DNA from: Patescibacteria group bacterium
GTDB lineage: Bacteria; Patescibacteriota; Patescibacteriia; Magasanikbacterales; JBBTQS01
Direction: 5' to 3'
NCBI GenBank assembly: GCA_038065555.1
Contig: JBBTQS010000001.1
Location: forward strand, 256,741 to 320,740
Length of the DNA: 64,000 bases
The translations under genes and the position numbers were made by a program. The notes beneath the pieces were generated by a model. It was given only the letters and a program-made list of their open reading frames with translations. It was not told where the DNA came from and ran no database searches. Below are positions 9,070 through 17,805 of this stretch, piece after piece. Position 1 is the stretch's first letter; every line of letters begins with the position of its first letter.

Positions 9070-10878
9070 TTATTCATCATGCGCATGGCCGTGACCATCG
9101 CCCTCTGGTTGTTCTTCTGTTTTATTTTCTGTGGTACTAGAAAGCTGATCAAGTTGCGTGCCTGTCTTGAGATCGCTTGTTGCTTTAGACACAATTCGAC
9201 TACCTTGCGCCAAGCCCTCTAGAATTTCAATTTTGTCCCCAAGTGTTCGACCGGTTTTGACTTCTTGAGGGCGGATTCTATTTTCTTCTGTGACAAGCCA
9301 CACAGTTGGGTGGCCAGTGTCATTCCACCAAACAGCAGAGAGCGATACTAGCGACTGATCGCCTTGAGTAGCTCCAGGTAATACCCGAACCGAAGCGTGT
9401 ACCGGCCAATCAACTGATTCAATAAAATCAGCATCGGCCAAGAAAGATCCGTTACTATCCAGAGATACACCTATTCCGACCAACTTGATTTTTCTACCAT
9501 CTTTGGGGAAGCCAGGACGAATAACAGTAAGAGTTTCTCCTGTTTGTGGTGGAGTAATGTTGCCTGGAATTCTAAATCGTGCGATGTGGTTTTTTTGAGT
9601 GCCGGAATTTATTGAAGCAACCGCCGTACCAGGACTCACAAAATCACCGTTCTTTTTCAGGATTATTGATACGATGCCTGCGCGAGGCGCGGTGATATTC
9701 AATCCACCAGTCAGCGCGCTAGAGATGGTGTAATAAGCGAAACCAGCACCCTCGGCTTCGGCACGCGCTAATTGTAATTGACGATCGAGATCAATTAGCT
9801 TTTCGTCAATATCCTTAATTTTTTCAGCAGTTTCTTTACTGGAATTAGCCGAACTAATGGAAAAGTCGGTTTTCTTGGCTGCCAACTCACTTTCAATTTT
9901 GGCAGTTTCAGTTTTGGCTTCTGTTAGATCTGTAATTTTTTCCGAGAGTTTAGCTCGTTCATCAGAAACAGCAACTCGCAATGGTGTAAGCCCCTCTGCG
10001 GATCCATTAACCCCGTAACTATTAGCCACGAGTGCATCCGCACTTTGGAGAAATTTGAGTGTTTTTTCTCCCGTTACATCAGCATCGTTTACGAAAGCTT
10101 TCACTGCCTCCGCCAAGTTGCGCATGAAGTCCGTTTGTGTGTTTCCATTCTGCTCTCCCAATCCGGACCTCACAGTAAAGGAGAAGTTTTGTGGATACTG
10201 CTTGTAGGTGATAATTGGATCAGCAGAAAAATTCATGAATAACGGGAATATTTTTCTGATGGCTTCACCGGAGTAATCTTTCACTGATTGCGTCTTGACT
10301 TGGATGTCTCTTTGCGAAGCGTCAAGAGAAGCTTGTACTGTTGCCAATGATTGGGACCTGTCAGAGCTAGCGTCATTGGATAAACTATCTGCTATCTGTT
10401 TGCTACTGTTTACTATCTGCGTTCGTAACGCCATCAGTTGTACTTTGCTCTTTTCTACATAAGTAGCTTGTGCTTCAGCTGTCGCTTTGGCTATTGTCAA
10501 ATTTTTGGCTTGCTCTGCAAGAACTCTAGTGAGTTCGGGAGTAGCAGGTGGAGCAGAAAGTCGTGCCAATACCTGACCTTGCCGGACTTTTTGTCCGATT
10601 GTAACTCTCCACTCCACAATTGTACCTTCGCGCTGGGGTTGCACCTCTACATCACCGGAAGAAATAATTTCTCCAGGCCAAGAAGTACCAACCTGATCAA
10701 TTTCAGTTGCTCCAGTCGATCCTATGGTTTCTAACGGGATATGCATCGCGCTCGCTACAGAAGTGACCTGGTTTGCGGCATCAGCACCACCACCTGACAC
10801 CCGTAAGAAGATTCCAGTGGAGATTGCCGCAACAACAATAAGGCCAGCCCCTGCGTAAAGCAGTTTCGGTTTGTTCAT
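9070..10878 (-). CDS. RND efflux periplasmic adaptor (membrane fusion protein, CusB/CzcB-like) with His-rich C-terminal tail
   Basis: 602 aa with N-terminal TM anchor, very long coiled-coil, beta-barrel/lipoyl-like segments and a C-terminus GDGHGHAHDE; immediately upstream of the RND pump. Confidence 0.75.
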   Translation of the reverse strand: MNKPKLLYAGAGLIVVAAISTGIFLRVSGGGADAANQVTSVASAMHIPLETIGSTGATEIDQVGTSWPGEIISSGDVEVQPQREGTIVEWRVTIGQKVRQGQVLARLSAPPATPELTRVLAEQAKNLTIAKATAEAQATYVEKSKVQLMALRTQIVNSSKQIADSLSNDASSDRSQSLATVQASLDASQRDIQVKTQSVKDYSGEAIRKIFPLFMNFSADPIITYKQYPQNFSFTVRSGLGEQNGNTQTDFMRNLAEAVKAFVNDADVTGEKTLKFLQSADALVANSYGVNGSAEGLTPLRVAVSDERAKLSEKITDLTEAKTETAKIESELAAKKTDFSISSANSSKETAEKIKDIDEKLIDLDRQLQLARAEAEGAGFAYYTISSALTGGLNITAPRAGIVSIILKKNGDFVSPGTAVASINSGTQKNHIARFRIPGNITPPQTGETLTVIRPGFPKDGRKIKLVGIGVSLDSNGSFLADADFIESVDWPVHASVRVLPGATQGDQSLVSLSAVWWNDTGHPTVWLVTEENRIRPQEVKTGRTLGDKIEILEGLAQGSRIVSKATSDLKTGTQLDQLSSTTENKTEEQPEGDGHGHAHDE

Positions 10879-10897
10879 AAATTTATTCAGTTATAGA

Positions 10898-11845
10898 TTA
10901 GTGAGAGGATCCGCCGTGCTCATCAGTATTAGTTGTAGTTTCGTGATCTGCTGGAGCTTGTCCCTCACTGCCGACCGAAACGGTGATAGGGAAAGTTTTC
11001 ACTTGTCCATTAATACTAAATTGAGCAAAGATCGTATAGGTTCCTTTAGTTGGGAATTCTGACTCAAATACGACTTTTCCGTCTATCGGCTTAGTTTCGG
11101 TAATTGGATGGCCGTGAATAAAGTCATCGGGATCTCCGTGACGAAGTACAACAACATGACCAAACGCACCCAAATATGGATCGATTTGAGTGATCAGCTT
11201 TCCATTCTGCGTCAACGAGAAAATTAAGTTTGCATGTTCTTTCGTTTTTAATTCAGACGCTGTTTGCAGAGTTGCTTGAATGCCGCTTACTGTTGCGGAC
11301 ATGTTTGCGCTTACACTCGGAAATTGTGGTTGCTGTGTTGTGCCACCAATGGTAAGCGGAACACGCAAGGTGATCGGACTTTCTTCTACAGGCTCGATAT
11401 CTACGTACATCTGATACGCGCCCTGATTAGCTATAGTTGTCTTTACAGTCCATTGGCCGTCATTGTATTCGGGATGAACATGCTGGAAGCCGGTCATATC
11501 GTCACGCAACAGAATTAAGTGCATGCGTTTCTCGTGTACGACTTTTAAGTCAGCCAGTCCAAACTCGTGAGCGTCGGCTCCATACAATTTAAAGGCCAGC
11601 GTAACTTCGCCCGGCTTTAAGCCGTCTGCATTTTGCAGATCAATTCTTGTTCCAGCCAATTTTGCTCCATGCATCGCATCGTGAGCATGATCACCACGGG
11701 TGGTTACATCTTGCTTGGTCATGTGCGTGTTTTCAGCAACCGTTTTAGGAACATCCTGATCAGCAGTCTTCGCTCTCATAAACCCGTAACCTATTACAGC
11801 TGCGGCAATCATGACTATTGAGATGATGGGGATTAATTTTTTCAT
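10898..11845 (-). CDS. putative periplasmic metal-binding protein with tandem duplicated His-containing domains and a His-rich C-terminus
   Basis: Signal/TM MKKLIPIISIVMIAAAVIGYGF; two internal repeats each with a HxHP-like motif (FQHVHPEY / FIHGHPIT); tail DEHGGSSH; located in the metal efflux operon. Confidence 0.45.
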   Translation of the reverse strand: MKKLIPIISIVMIAAAVIGYGFMRAKTADQDVPKTVAENTHMTKQDVTTRGDHAHDAMHGAKLAGTRIDLQNADGLKPGEVTLAFKLYGADAHEFGLADLKVVHEKRMHLILLRDDMTGFQHVHPEYNDGQWTVKTTIANQGAYQMYVDIEPVEESPITLRVPLTIGGTTQQPQFPSVSANMSATVSGIQATLQTASELKTKEHANLIFSLTQNGKLITQIDPYLGAFGHVVVLRHGDPDDFIHGHPITETKPIDGKVVFESEFPTKGTYTIFAQFSINGQVKTFPITVSVGSEGQAPADHETTTNTDEHGGSSH

Positions 11846-11932
11846 AGGAAGATTAATTGCGATGAATGAATACCAAAAAAAGCCAACAGGAGGGCCATTC
11901 ACAAAAAGGTTTACCCTTTGGATGAATGAATG

Positions 11933-12379
11933 CTAGCAAGAAAAAGCTACGTTGTATTTTTTAGCGTTGAGTATCCCCCTTGAAAAGGCTAACCGTAAGT
12001 AACGGAGAGCAAAAATCTCTAAATTTTTTCGCATACAAAGCCGAACGAAAAAGGCGAGATATTGTTCAAAGTGTTCAAAAATTCGACGTCCTATAATTAC
12101 CGATACGAAAATAAGCCCAGTTGCCAAAACCCTATATAAATCCTGCGAGTGATTTTTAGCAGTGAGAAGAGCTTCCACTAAAGTATGGTCCAATTTTAAA
12201 AGACTGGTTCCACAACACTCCTCGTTGCCCTGAGCGAGAAGGACAACCGATTTAGAAGTTGAACTGTGTGCCGACACCCCGGAATGATGGTTCAAAGCAC
12301 AAAATAAACCCAAAAAAATCCCTGCAACAGAGAGGAGGACTAGAACAATCTTTATCTTTTGAGTAACCGCGAAAAACAT
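11933..12379 (-). CDS. hypothetical small polytopic membrane protein (first gene of metal efflux operon), leaderless
   Basis: ATG at 12379 lies 6 nt downstream of a TATAAT -10; it contains a CC motif in a loop (NEECCGTS); the upstream MHRH start would lie outside the promoter. Confidence 0.4.
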   Translation of the reverse strand: MFFAVTQKIKIVLVLLSVAGIFLGLFCALNHHSGVSAHSSTSKSVVLLAQGNEECCGTSLLKLDHTLVEALLTAKNHSQDLYRVLATGLIFVSVIIGRRIFEHFEQYLAFFVRLCMRKNLEIFALRYLRLAFSRGILNAKKYNVAFSC

Positions 12380-12385
12380 ACAATG

Positions 12386-12413
12386 ATTATAGCTTTTTTC
12401 ATAGATCTGTAAA
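12386..12413 (-). promoter_or_regulatory. sigma70-type promoter TTTACA-16-TATAAT for the metal efflux operon
   Basis: Minus-strand TTTACA (about 12408-12413), 16-nt spacer, TATAAT (about 12386-12391), and start codon 6 nt after the -10. Confidence 0.5.
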
Positions 12414-12529
12414 GGACTCACAATGTGACGATGCATCTTTTTGCTCCGATCACATTTACAACATCAAAATCCTCTAAAGAAAAACCCGCACTCATGTTGA
12501 GCGCGGGGTTTGTCGTCACAGTGTCAGCG

Positions 12530-12805
12530 TCAGCCGATTTGCACCACGCTGATGCGGTGAGCCATGAGCACAAAGACCACTTCGAGCTCGAGCCCACCGA
12601 GTACCCGAATCTCCCAGGACACAGGCACATGACTCCCACTGTCCATCACGCCGACGAAGTTCGCCTGGAGCGCCTTGACAATGAGATCGAAGTCCTTCGG
12701 CGACTCGCTAGTGCAGCTTGCGAAACTCAAGGACAGGTAGTGACCGCCTCCGTCGTACTCGGCACGTTCGAACGTGGCTTCTTCCCCTTGAATCATGAAT
12801 TTCAT
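12530..12805 (-). CDS. hypothetical small protein (91 aa)
   Basis: Minus-strand ORF with AGGAG RBS 7 nt before its ATG and an upstream TTGACA-18-TACTCT promoter; preferred over the overlapping + strand 186-aa ORF, which lacks such signals. Confidence 0.5.
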   Translation of the reverse strand: MKFMIQGEEATFERAEYDGGGHYLSLSFASCTSESPKDFDLIVKALQANFVGVMDSGSHVPVSWEIRVLGGLELEVVFVLMAHRISVVQIG

Positions 12806-12877
12806 CCAGACACTCCTCTCTTGCGTGTTACATCAACAGGACAGCATACTCAGCGAGCATGCGAACCAGTGACGTGG

Positions 12878-12907
12878 GAGAGTAGCGCACTTAGCACATT
12901 CTGTCAA
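12878..12907 (-). promoter_or_regulatory. sigma70-type promoter (TATTGACAG ... TACTCT)
   Basis: Minus-strand TTGACA -35, 18-nt spacer, TACTCT -10, about 70 nt upstream of the 91-aa ORF. Confidence 0.45.
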
Positions 12908-12961
12908 TACTGTAAGGTCGTCCTGACCTCGTTGACGACCCAATACACTCCTGCTTACAAG

Positions 12962-12970
12962 TGGTACAAT
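12962..12970 (+). promoter_or_regulatory. extended -10 promoter TGgTACAAT
   Basis: TGnTACAAT followed by 11 nt and then ATG; the same element precedes the gene at 20914. Confidence 0.4.
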
Positions 12971-12981
12971 CTAAACACTCT

Positions 12982-13479
12982 ATGAAGATCCATACTATCC
13001 TTCTCTGCTCCGTTCTTGTGTTCGTTGGCGCAGGATGTGCTCCCCAAAAACCAACCGAACAAATACCACTTCCCCAAGTGCCACATACTGCTGAGGTTAT
13101 TCCACCAGGCGGTAAGCAAATATTTTGGTGCGGTGCGCGTCATCGCACACATATCGAATCAAGGACAGAAACCACATTGTGGATTTACCCCGAGAGCTTT
13201 AGTGGCATGCACCACGAACCAACGATTTACCACGTGTGCAACAACACTGATGAGCTGTTCTCGATTCAGATGCAGCAATCATCTGCAGACAATACGTACA
13301 CTTGGAACTTTGTAGTTCCTGGAAGTAACTCTGCATTTGCGTTCACTGCCCTCTCGCGCGATCCCGAAGTTGACCTCATGGAAGAGGAGAGCACTGCAGA
13401 TACTATACTGATTACTATCGACGGGCGCGTATACTTCTACGAGACTGCAACAAAGCAATTTTTTGCGCAAAAAAAATAG
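12982..13479 (+). CDS. hypothetical lipoprotein
   Basis: MKIHTILLCSVLVFVGAGC is a signal peptide with lipobox; it is preceded by an extended -10 TGgTACAAT about 11 nt upstream, so it is near-leaderless. Confidence 0.55.
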   Translation: MKIHTILLCSVLVFVGAGCAPQKPTEQIPLPQVPHTAEVIPPGGKQIFWCGARHRTHIESRTETTLWIYPESFSGMHHEPTIYHVCNNTDELFSIQMQQSSADNTYTWNFVVPGSNSAFAFTALSRDPEVDLMEEESTADTILITIDGRVYFYETATKQFFAQKK

Positions 13480-13550
13480 TCTGCGCACATGCGCAGACTA
13501 TTTCACAACATACTCTTTGGAGACTCAAGCAAAAGTTGCGACGATCTTGA
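13467..13550 (-). ncRNA. candidate small RNA (about 84 nt), convergent with the lipoprotein gene
   Basis: It is bounded by a minus-strand promoter CTTGACAAAA-17-TAGTAT (13557-13585) and the hairpin+U8 terminator; no ORF lies within. Confidence 0.3.
13469..13500. terminator. intrinsic terminator hairpin TAGTCTGCGCACATGCGCAGACTA, strongest in the minus direction (A8 upstream on + equals U8 on -)
   Basis: Perfect 10-bp stem with 4-nt loop; on the minus strand the hairpin is followed by UUUUUUUU; on + it is followed only by TTTC. Confidence 0.6.
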
Positions 13551-13556
13551 CTTGAA

Positions 13557-13585
13557 ATACTAGCACAAAAATCACCTTTTGTCAA
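13557..13585 (-). promoter_or_regulatory. sigma70-type promoter CCTTGACAAAA-17-TAGTAT
   Basis: Canonical TTGACA -35 and TAGTAT -10 with 17-nt spacer on the minus strand; no annotated CDS downstream before the terminator. Confidence 0.4.
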
Positions 13586-13594
13586 GGACAATAC

Positions 13595-13625
13595 CAAAAC
13601 ACCGCTTAATTGAGCGGTGTTTTGC
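13595..13625. terminator. bidirectional intrinsic terminator ACACCGCT-TAATTG-AGCGGTGT
   Basis: 8-bp perfect stem with an A-tract on one side and a T-tract on the other; ends the minus-strand ABC operon. Confidence 0.55.
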
Positions 13626-13634
13626 ATCTGTGCA

Positions 13635-14417
13635 TTATCGTCCGCTATACTTCCGGAACAAGATTGCGGCAGTTGGAATCGCCACAATAGTAATCGCCAC
13701 GCACCAGATCACCGTGATCCACCAGTGATTCCCCATCGGCGTTCCAATCATGAGCGAACGGATAGTCTCGATCACATGCGTGATCGGCTGGTTCTCTGCG
13801 AAGATGCGCAAATACTTCGCCATGGTCTCGGTTGGCGCAAATGCAGCGCTCGCAAACGTCAGCGGGAACACAAGGAAGAATCCCATCCACTGCACAGCCT
13901 CGATAGACTTCGCAAGCAACCCAAGAATTGCAGCAACCCACGACATCGCAAACGTGAAGAGCAAAATCACGCCGAGAATTGCCAACCACTCCACAGGCGT
14001 TGCCGTTGGACGAAATCCAACGAGCAGCCCCACGAGCACCATGATCACACACTGAATCACATTGCGAACAAGATCAGCTGTGACATGTCCCATGAGCACT
14101 CCCCATCCTGCAGCTGGCAATGTCTTGAATCGCTCAATAATACCGCGCTGCAAATCCACCGCAACACTCAACGAGGTCGTCATAGACCCAAAGGCAATAC
14201 ACTGCACGAGAATTCCCGCGAGCAAGAAGTCGATATAGCTCACGGAACCTGTCTGAATCGCACCACCAAATACGTAACGAAATAGCACCATGAACATGAT
14301 CGGCTGAACTGTGAGGCCCAGGATCTGATCAGGATTCTTGAAAATGTGGGACAAGCTGCGCTTGATGAACACCCACAAATCACTACAGAGCCAGTACAGG
14401 GAAGAATGTGTAGTCAT
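13635..14417 (-). CDS. ABC-2 type transporter permease
   Basis: 6-TM ABC-2 (DrrB/NodJ-like) permease; start chosen at MTTHSSLYW, 4 nt after the stop of the upstream ATPase gene. Confidence 0.8.
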   Translation of the reverse strand: MTTHSSLYWLCSDLWVFIKRSLSHIFKNPDQILGLTVQPIMFMVLFRYVFGGAIQTGSVSYIDFLLAGILVQCIAFGSMTTSLSVAVDLQRGIIERFKTLPAAGWGVLMGHVTADLVRNVIQCVIMVLVGLLVGFRPTATPVEWLAILGVILLFTFAMSWVAAILGLLAKSIEAVQWMGFFLVFPLTFASAAFAPTETMAKYLRIFAENQPITHVIETIRSLMIGTPMGNHWWITVIWCVAITIVAIPTAAILFRKYSGR

Positions 14418-14421
14418 AGTA

Positions 14422-15381
14422 TTATGCGGTTGTGTCATCGTTCTTTTGCTCTGCCTGGTGTCCTGTGAGCTGCAAAAATACATCATCGAGCGTCGGCTTG
14501 TGCAAGGACAGCGTCTCAATCTCGATCGATGCAGACTCCATACGATCGAGCACACGCTTGATCTCGCTCACCGTACCGCCCGTTGCAACACTGATAACAC
14601 GCTTCTGCGCATCGTGCTGCATCGCCTCACCATCTATAACCTCAATCGCTTTTTCGAACGAACTTCCTTCCTTGATCGTGAGCTCGAGTCGCTCCTTGCC
14701 CACTCGATCCTTGAGCTCGCTCGCAGTTCCCTGCGCAATAATGCGACCACCATCGAGCACGGCAATGCGATCAGCGAGCTTGTCTGCTTCTTCGAGATAC
14801 TGCGTTGTGAGCAAAATAGTCGTATCTGATGCGACGAGCTGCTCGATCACACTCCACATCGCCATGCGGCTACGCGGATCAAGCCCCGTTGTTGGTTCAT
14901 CGAGAAAGACAATCGGTGGTGTGGCAATCAATGACAACGCGAGATCGAGTCTGCGTCGCATACCACCTGAGTAGGTCTTCACTACACGATTTGCTGCCTC
15001 GACCAGATCGAACTGCACGAGCAATTCATTGCCACGCTTAATACTTTCGGCTTTCGACAAATGATAGAGTCTGCCCATCATTTCGAGGTTTTCCATGGCA
15101 GTGAGATACTCGTCCACGGCAGCGTATTGACCTGTGAGGCCGATACTTGCACGAACACCGTCAGGATTCTCTACAACATTGTACCCGTTGACTACAACGT
15201 CACCACTGTCTGGTTGCAACAAGGTAGAAAGAATGCGGACAGTAGTTGTTTTGCCTGCACCGTTTGGCCCGAGCAGTGCGAGTACCTCACCACGCTTGAC
15301 GGTGAGATCGAGCCCCTTCAATACTTCGAGGTTTTTGTACGACTTCTTGAGATTGCTGATGTGAATTGCGTGGTCTTGCAT
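14422..15381 (-). CDS. ABC transporter ATP-binding protein (DrrA-like)
   Basis: LALLGPNGAGKTTT Walker A, LSGGMRRRL signature, ILFLDEPTTGLD Walker B. Confidence 0.85.
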   Translation of the reverse strand: MQDHAIHISNLKKSYKNLEVLKGLDLTVKRGEVLALLGPNGAGKTTTVRILSTLLQPDSGDVVVNGYNVVENPDGVRASIGLTGQYAAVDEYLTAMENLEMMGRLYHLSKAESIKRGNELLVQFDLVEAANRVVKTYSGGMRRRLDLALSLIATPPIVFLDEPTTGLDPRSRMAMWSVIEQLVASDTTILLTTQYLEEADKLADRIAVLDGGRIIAQGTASELKDRVGKERLELTIKEGSSFEKAIEVIDGEAMQHDAQKRVISVATGGTVSEIKRVLDRMESASIEIETLSLHKPTLDDVFLQLTGHQAEQKNDDTTA

Positions 15382-15392
15382 AGGGCAGTATA

Positions 15393-15911
15393 TTAGCGGT
15401 TCTCGATGAAATTGGCAATGGCTGCAGGGAGAATCTGATGCTTGTGATCAGGAATCGTATTCTCTGGCAACGCGTCGATTGGGAACCACTGACCAGTATA
15501 TGCAGCGTCAGACACTGCAGCTGGATCACCAGCCAGCTCCACTACATGCACACGAGACTCAATCCAGCCACGCGGCTCCTGCCAATACACATCTGTCACA
15601 TACGTTGTGGAGACAATAGGTACCTGGAATTCCTTCGCAGCGATTCGCGCAAAGACGTCACGAGGTGTTTCGCCATTTCGCAAAATACTTCCTGGTGTGT
15701 GCCAGAGGCCCGCATACGACTCACCACGCGCACGCTGTGTAAGAAATATTTCTGCGTCCCCCGCCGCCGTGCGTCGCAATGCAACTGCTTCGATCGCAAT
15801 ACTTGGCAACACACGCATTGCTCGCTCAAAGAATGTGTGTTGGTAATACTTGGTATTGTCCACGAAGGGCAACAGTTTCGAAATAATCCACTGAGAAATC
15901 GTATTGAACAT
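15393..15911 (-). CDS. NUDIX-fold protein with degenerate NUDIX box (paralog 1)
   Basis: AGLWHTPGSILRNGETPRDVFARIAAKEFQV aligns position-by-position with the MutT box [30 protein letters not shown], but the REUxEE catalytic glutamates are replaced (RIAAKE). Confidence 0.5.
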   Translation of the reverse strand: MFNTISQWIISKLLPFVDNTKYYQHTFFERAMRVLPSIAIEAVALRRTAAGDAEIFLTQRARGESYAGLWHTPGSILRNGETPRDVFARIAAKEFQVPIVSTTYVTDVYWQEPRGWIESRVHVVELAGDPAAVSDAAYTGQWFPIDALPENTIPDHKHQILPAAIANFIENR

Positions 15912-16004
15912 AGTGTGCGTATTGTAGCAGAGTGCTCTACAAAAATTGAAGACCCCGAGCTGCGTGATGCAACTCAGGGTCGTCGTTCAGTCTGCGGTCG
16001 TCAC

Positions 16005-16694
16005 TCAGACGCCGGAGAGCTGGATGCTCATGTAGTCTCCAAGCTCGCCAGTGCGCCACGCAGCAACCGCCTTGTCGACGATGCCGCGAACCATGCCATG
16101 GTGGACGCAGAGCTTCGACCGATCGAGGTCTCGCACACGGTGCCAGTTGGTCCTGTCTTCGGGCAGTACGCCGACGTCACCGTAGTAGATGAGCCCGAGA
16201 CACGAGCCCCGCGTGTCGTGGTTCATGTGAAGATCCACGAAACTCACGATGCTCGGGAGTGCGAACGGGAACTCCATGCTCTGCAGCCGCTTCGCAACGT
16301 CCCCGATGTCCTCTAGGGGTCGAAGGATCGATCCTGGAACGTGCAGCAGCCCTGCGTAGTGCGGATCGTCGCTCGAACGCTTCGTCATGTAGACCCATGC
16401 GTACCCCTCATCCGGATCACGCGCGATGAGAACCATCTCCAGGGCAACTGCAGCGCGCGCTCGCATGAGTGCCTCGAAGACTGCGGGTGGGAGCACGCGC
16501 CAGTCCTTGACCATTCGCAGCAACGCCGGCAGAACCTTGAATGCCTCTGTGTCGCTTGTGAGCGTCTGAATGACATTGACGAGGAGTGCGATCCGCTCAG
16601 CAGCTGGCAAGTTGCACGCCAGATTCTGCACGTACTCACGATGTTGCTGCATCGCGAGAGTCGTTCCTTGTCCTTGCACGTCAGTATCAGCCAC
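16005..16694 (-). CDS. NUDIX-fold protein with degenerate NUDIX box (paralog 2), GTG start
   Basis: AGLLHVPGSILRPLEDIGDVAKRLQSMEF is the same degenerate box as the neighbouring gene; GAGG RBS before the GTG; own promoter upstream. Confidence 0.5.
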   Translation of the reverse strand: MADTDVQGQGTTLAMQQHREYVQNLACNLPAAERIALLVNVIQTLTSDTEAFKVLPALLRMVKDWRVLPPAVFEALMRARAAVALEMVLIARDPDEGYAWVYMTKRSSDDPHYAGLLHVPGSILRPLEDIGDVAKRLQSMEFPFALPSIVSFVDLHMNHDTRGSCLGLIYYGDVGVLPEDRTNWHRVRDLDRSKLCVHHGMVRGIVDKAVAAWRTGELGDYMSIQLSGV

Positions 16695-16761
16695 GATTCA
16701 CCTCTCAATTGTTGGTTGTTATACCACGTCATTCCAGCACACATGCGCTGGCTAACAATGG

Positions 16762-16790
16762 ACACTACAACAAAATCAGCAGACTGTCAA
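16762..16790 (-). promoter_or_regulatory. sigma70-type promoter TTGACA-17-TAGTGT
   Basis: Minus-strand TATTGACAG -35 and TAGTGT -10 located about 70 nt upstream of the GTG start at 16694, abutting the trhO stop. Confidence 0.45.
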
Positions 16791-16792
16791 TA

Positions 16793-17734
16793 CTACAGCC
16801 GCTGCAACTGATCCTCCTGTCCACCCGGAACCTCACCACGCTCGTGCTTGCCTCGACAGATTTCTGTACAAAATCCGCCTTCTTTTGCAACGCAAGATTC
16901 GCAGCAGAGGAAATGTCGCTTCTCACGACAGTGTAGATACGCACAATCTATATAATTTTCGGTGGCGTTGCCACACCATCCGCACTTCCCAACTACTACG
17001 TGCGCTGGGTCTGCAATATTGAACCCCATCGTAATGCGTCCATCAAAGACATACAGCTGCCCAAGAAAATCTTCGTTCGGATACTTCTCCATGTACGTGA
17101 CGATTCCATTGTACAACTGATACACATCTGCAAATCCCTTCTTGATCAGGAATCCACTCGCCTTTTCGCACCGCACACCACCCGTACACACTGTTACGAT
17201 AGTCTTGCCGCGCAAATGCTCGAGCTGCGGCAAGATCGACGGAAGATCACGAGAATTCTGCAGTGGTGGCAACACACTATTCTTGAAGAACCCAACGGCA
17301 TGCTCGTAGTCATTGCGCATGTCAACAATATAGAACTCCTTGTCGGAGTGAATCCACTCATGGAGCTCTTCTGCAGTAATATATTTGCCTGTCATCTCTT
17401 GCGGGTTCACATCATCCTCTCCCAGTCGCCAGCCCACAATCTCATTGCGCACCTTCACTGCCAATTTTGGAAATGCATCGCCCGTACCCTCACTTCGCTT
17501 GAAATCTACGTCAGCAAATTGTGGCTGCTCCTGCATCCACTTCACGAACACCTCAACCTCATCTGGAGTACCCTCGAACGTTCCATTCACTCCTTCGTGC
17601 GCAACAAGCAGCCGCCCCTTGAGATGGAGCTGCTGTGCCAAGTTCCGCGCAGCGTCAGCCCATGATTGAGGGTCCACAACGTGCGTGTACTTGTAGAAAA
17701 GAATGATGGTTGTTGGAGTCATAGTCGTCACCAT
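16793..17734 (-). CDS. trhO: rhodanese-domain tRNA uridine(34) hydroxylase (TrhO/YceA, UPF0176)
   Basis: IILFYKYTHVVDPQ...LVAHEGVNGTFEG...TVCTGGVRCEKASGFL rhodanese active-site Cys loop; C-terminal Cys-rich tail; exact start (M13/M17) uncertain. Confidence 0.8.
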   Translation of the reverse strand: MVTTMTPTTIILFYKYTHVVDPQSWADAARNLAQQLHLKGRLLVAHEGVNGTFEGTPDEVEVFVKWMQEQPQFADVDFKRSEGTGDAFPKLAVKVRNEIVGWRLGEDDVNPQEMTGKYITAEELHEWIHSDKEFYIVDMRNDYEHAVGFFKNSVLPPLQNSRDLPSILPQLEHLRGKTIVTVCTGGVRCEKASGFLIKKGFADVYQLYNGIVTYMEKYPNEDFLGQLYVFDGRITMGFNIADPAHVVVGKCGWCGNATENYIDCAYLHCREKRHFLCCESCVAKEGGFCTEICRGKHERGEVPGGQEDQLQRL

Positions 17735-17805
17735 CCTACAGAAATCTACCTTTCTTGGCAAGCAAAACACCGCGCCAAGTGACGCGGTGCTGTTGCGCGA
17801 TTTGT

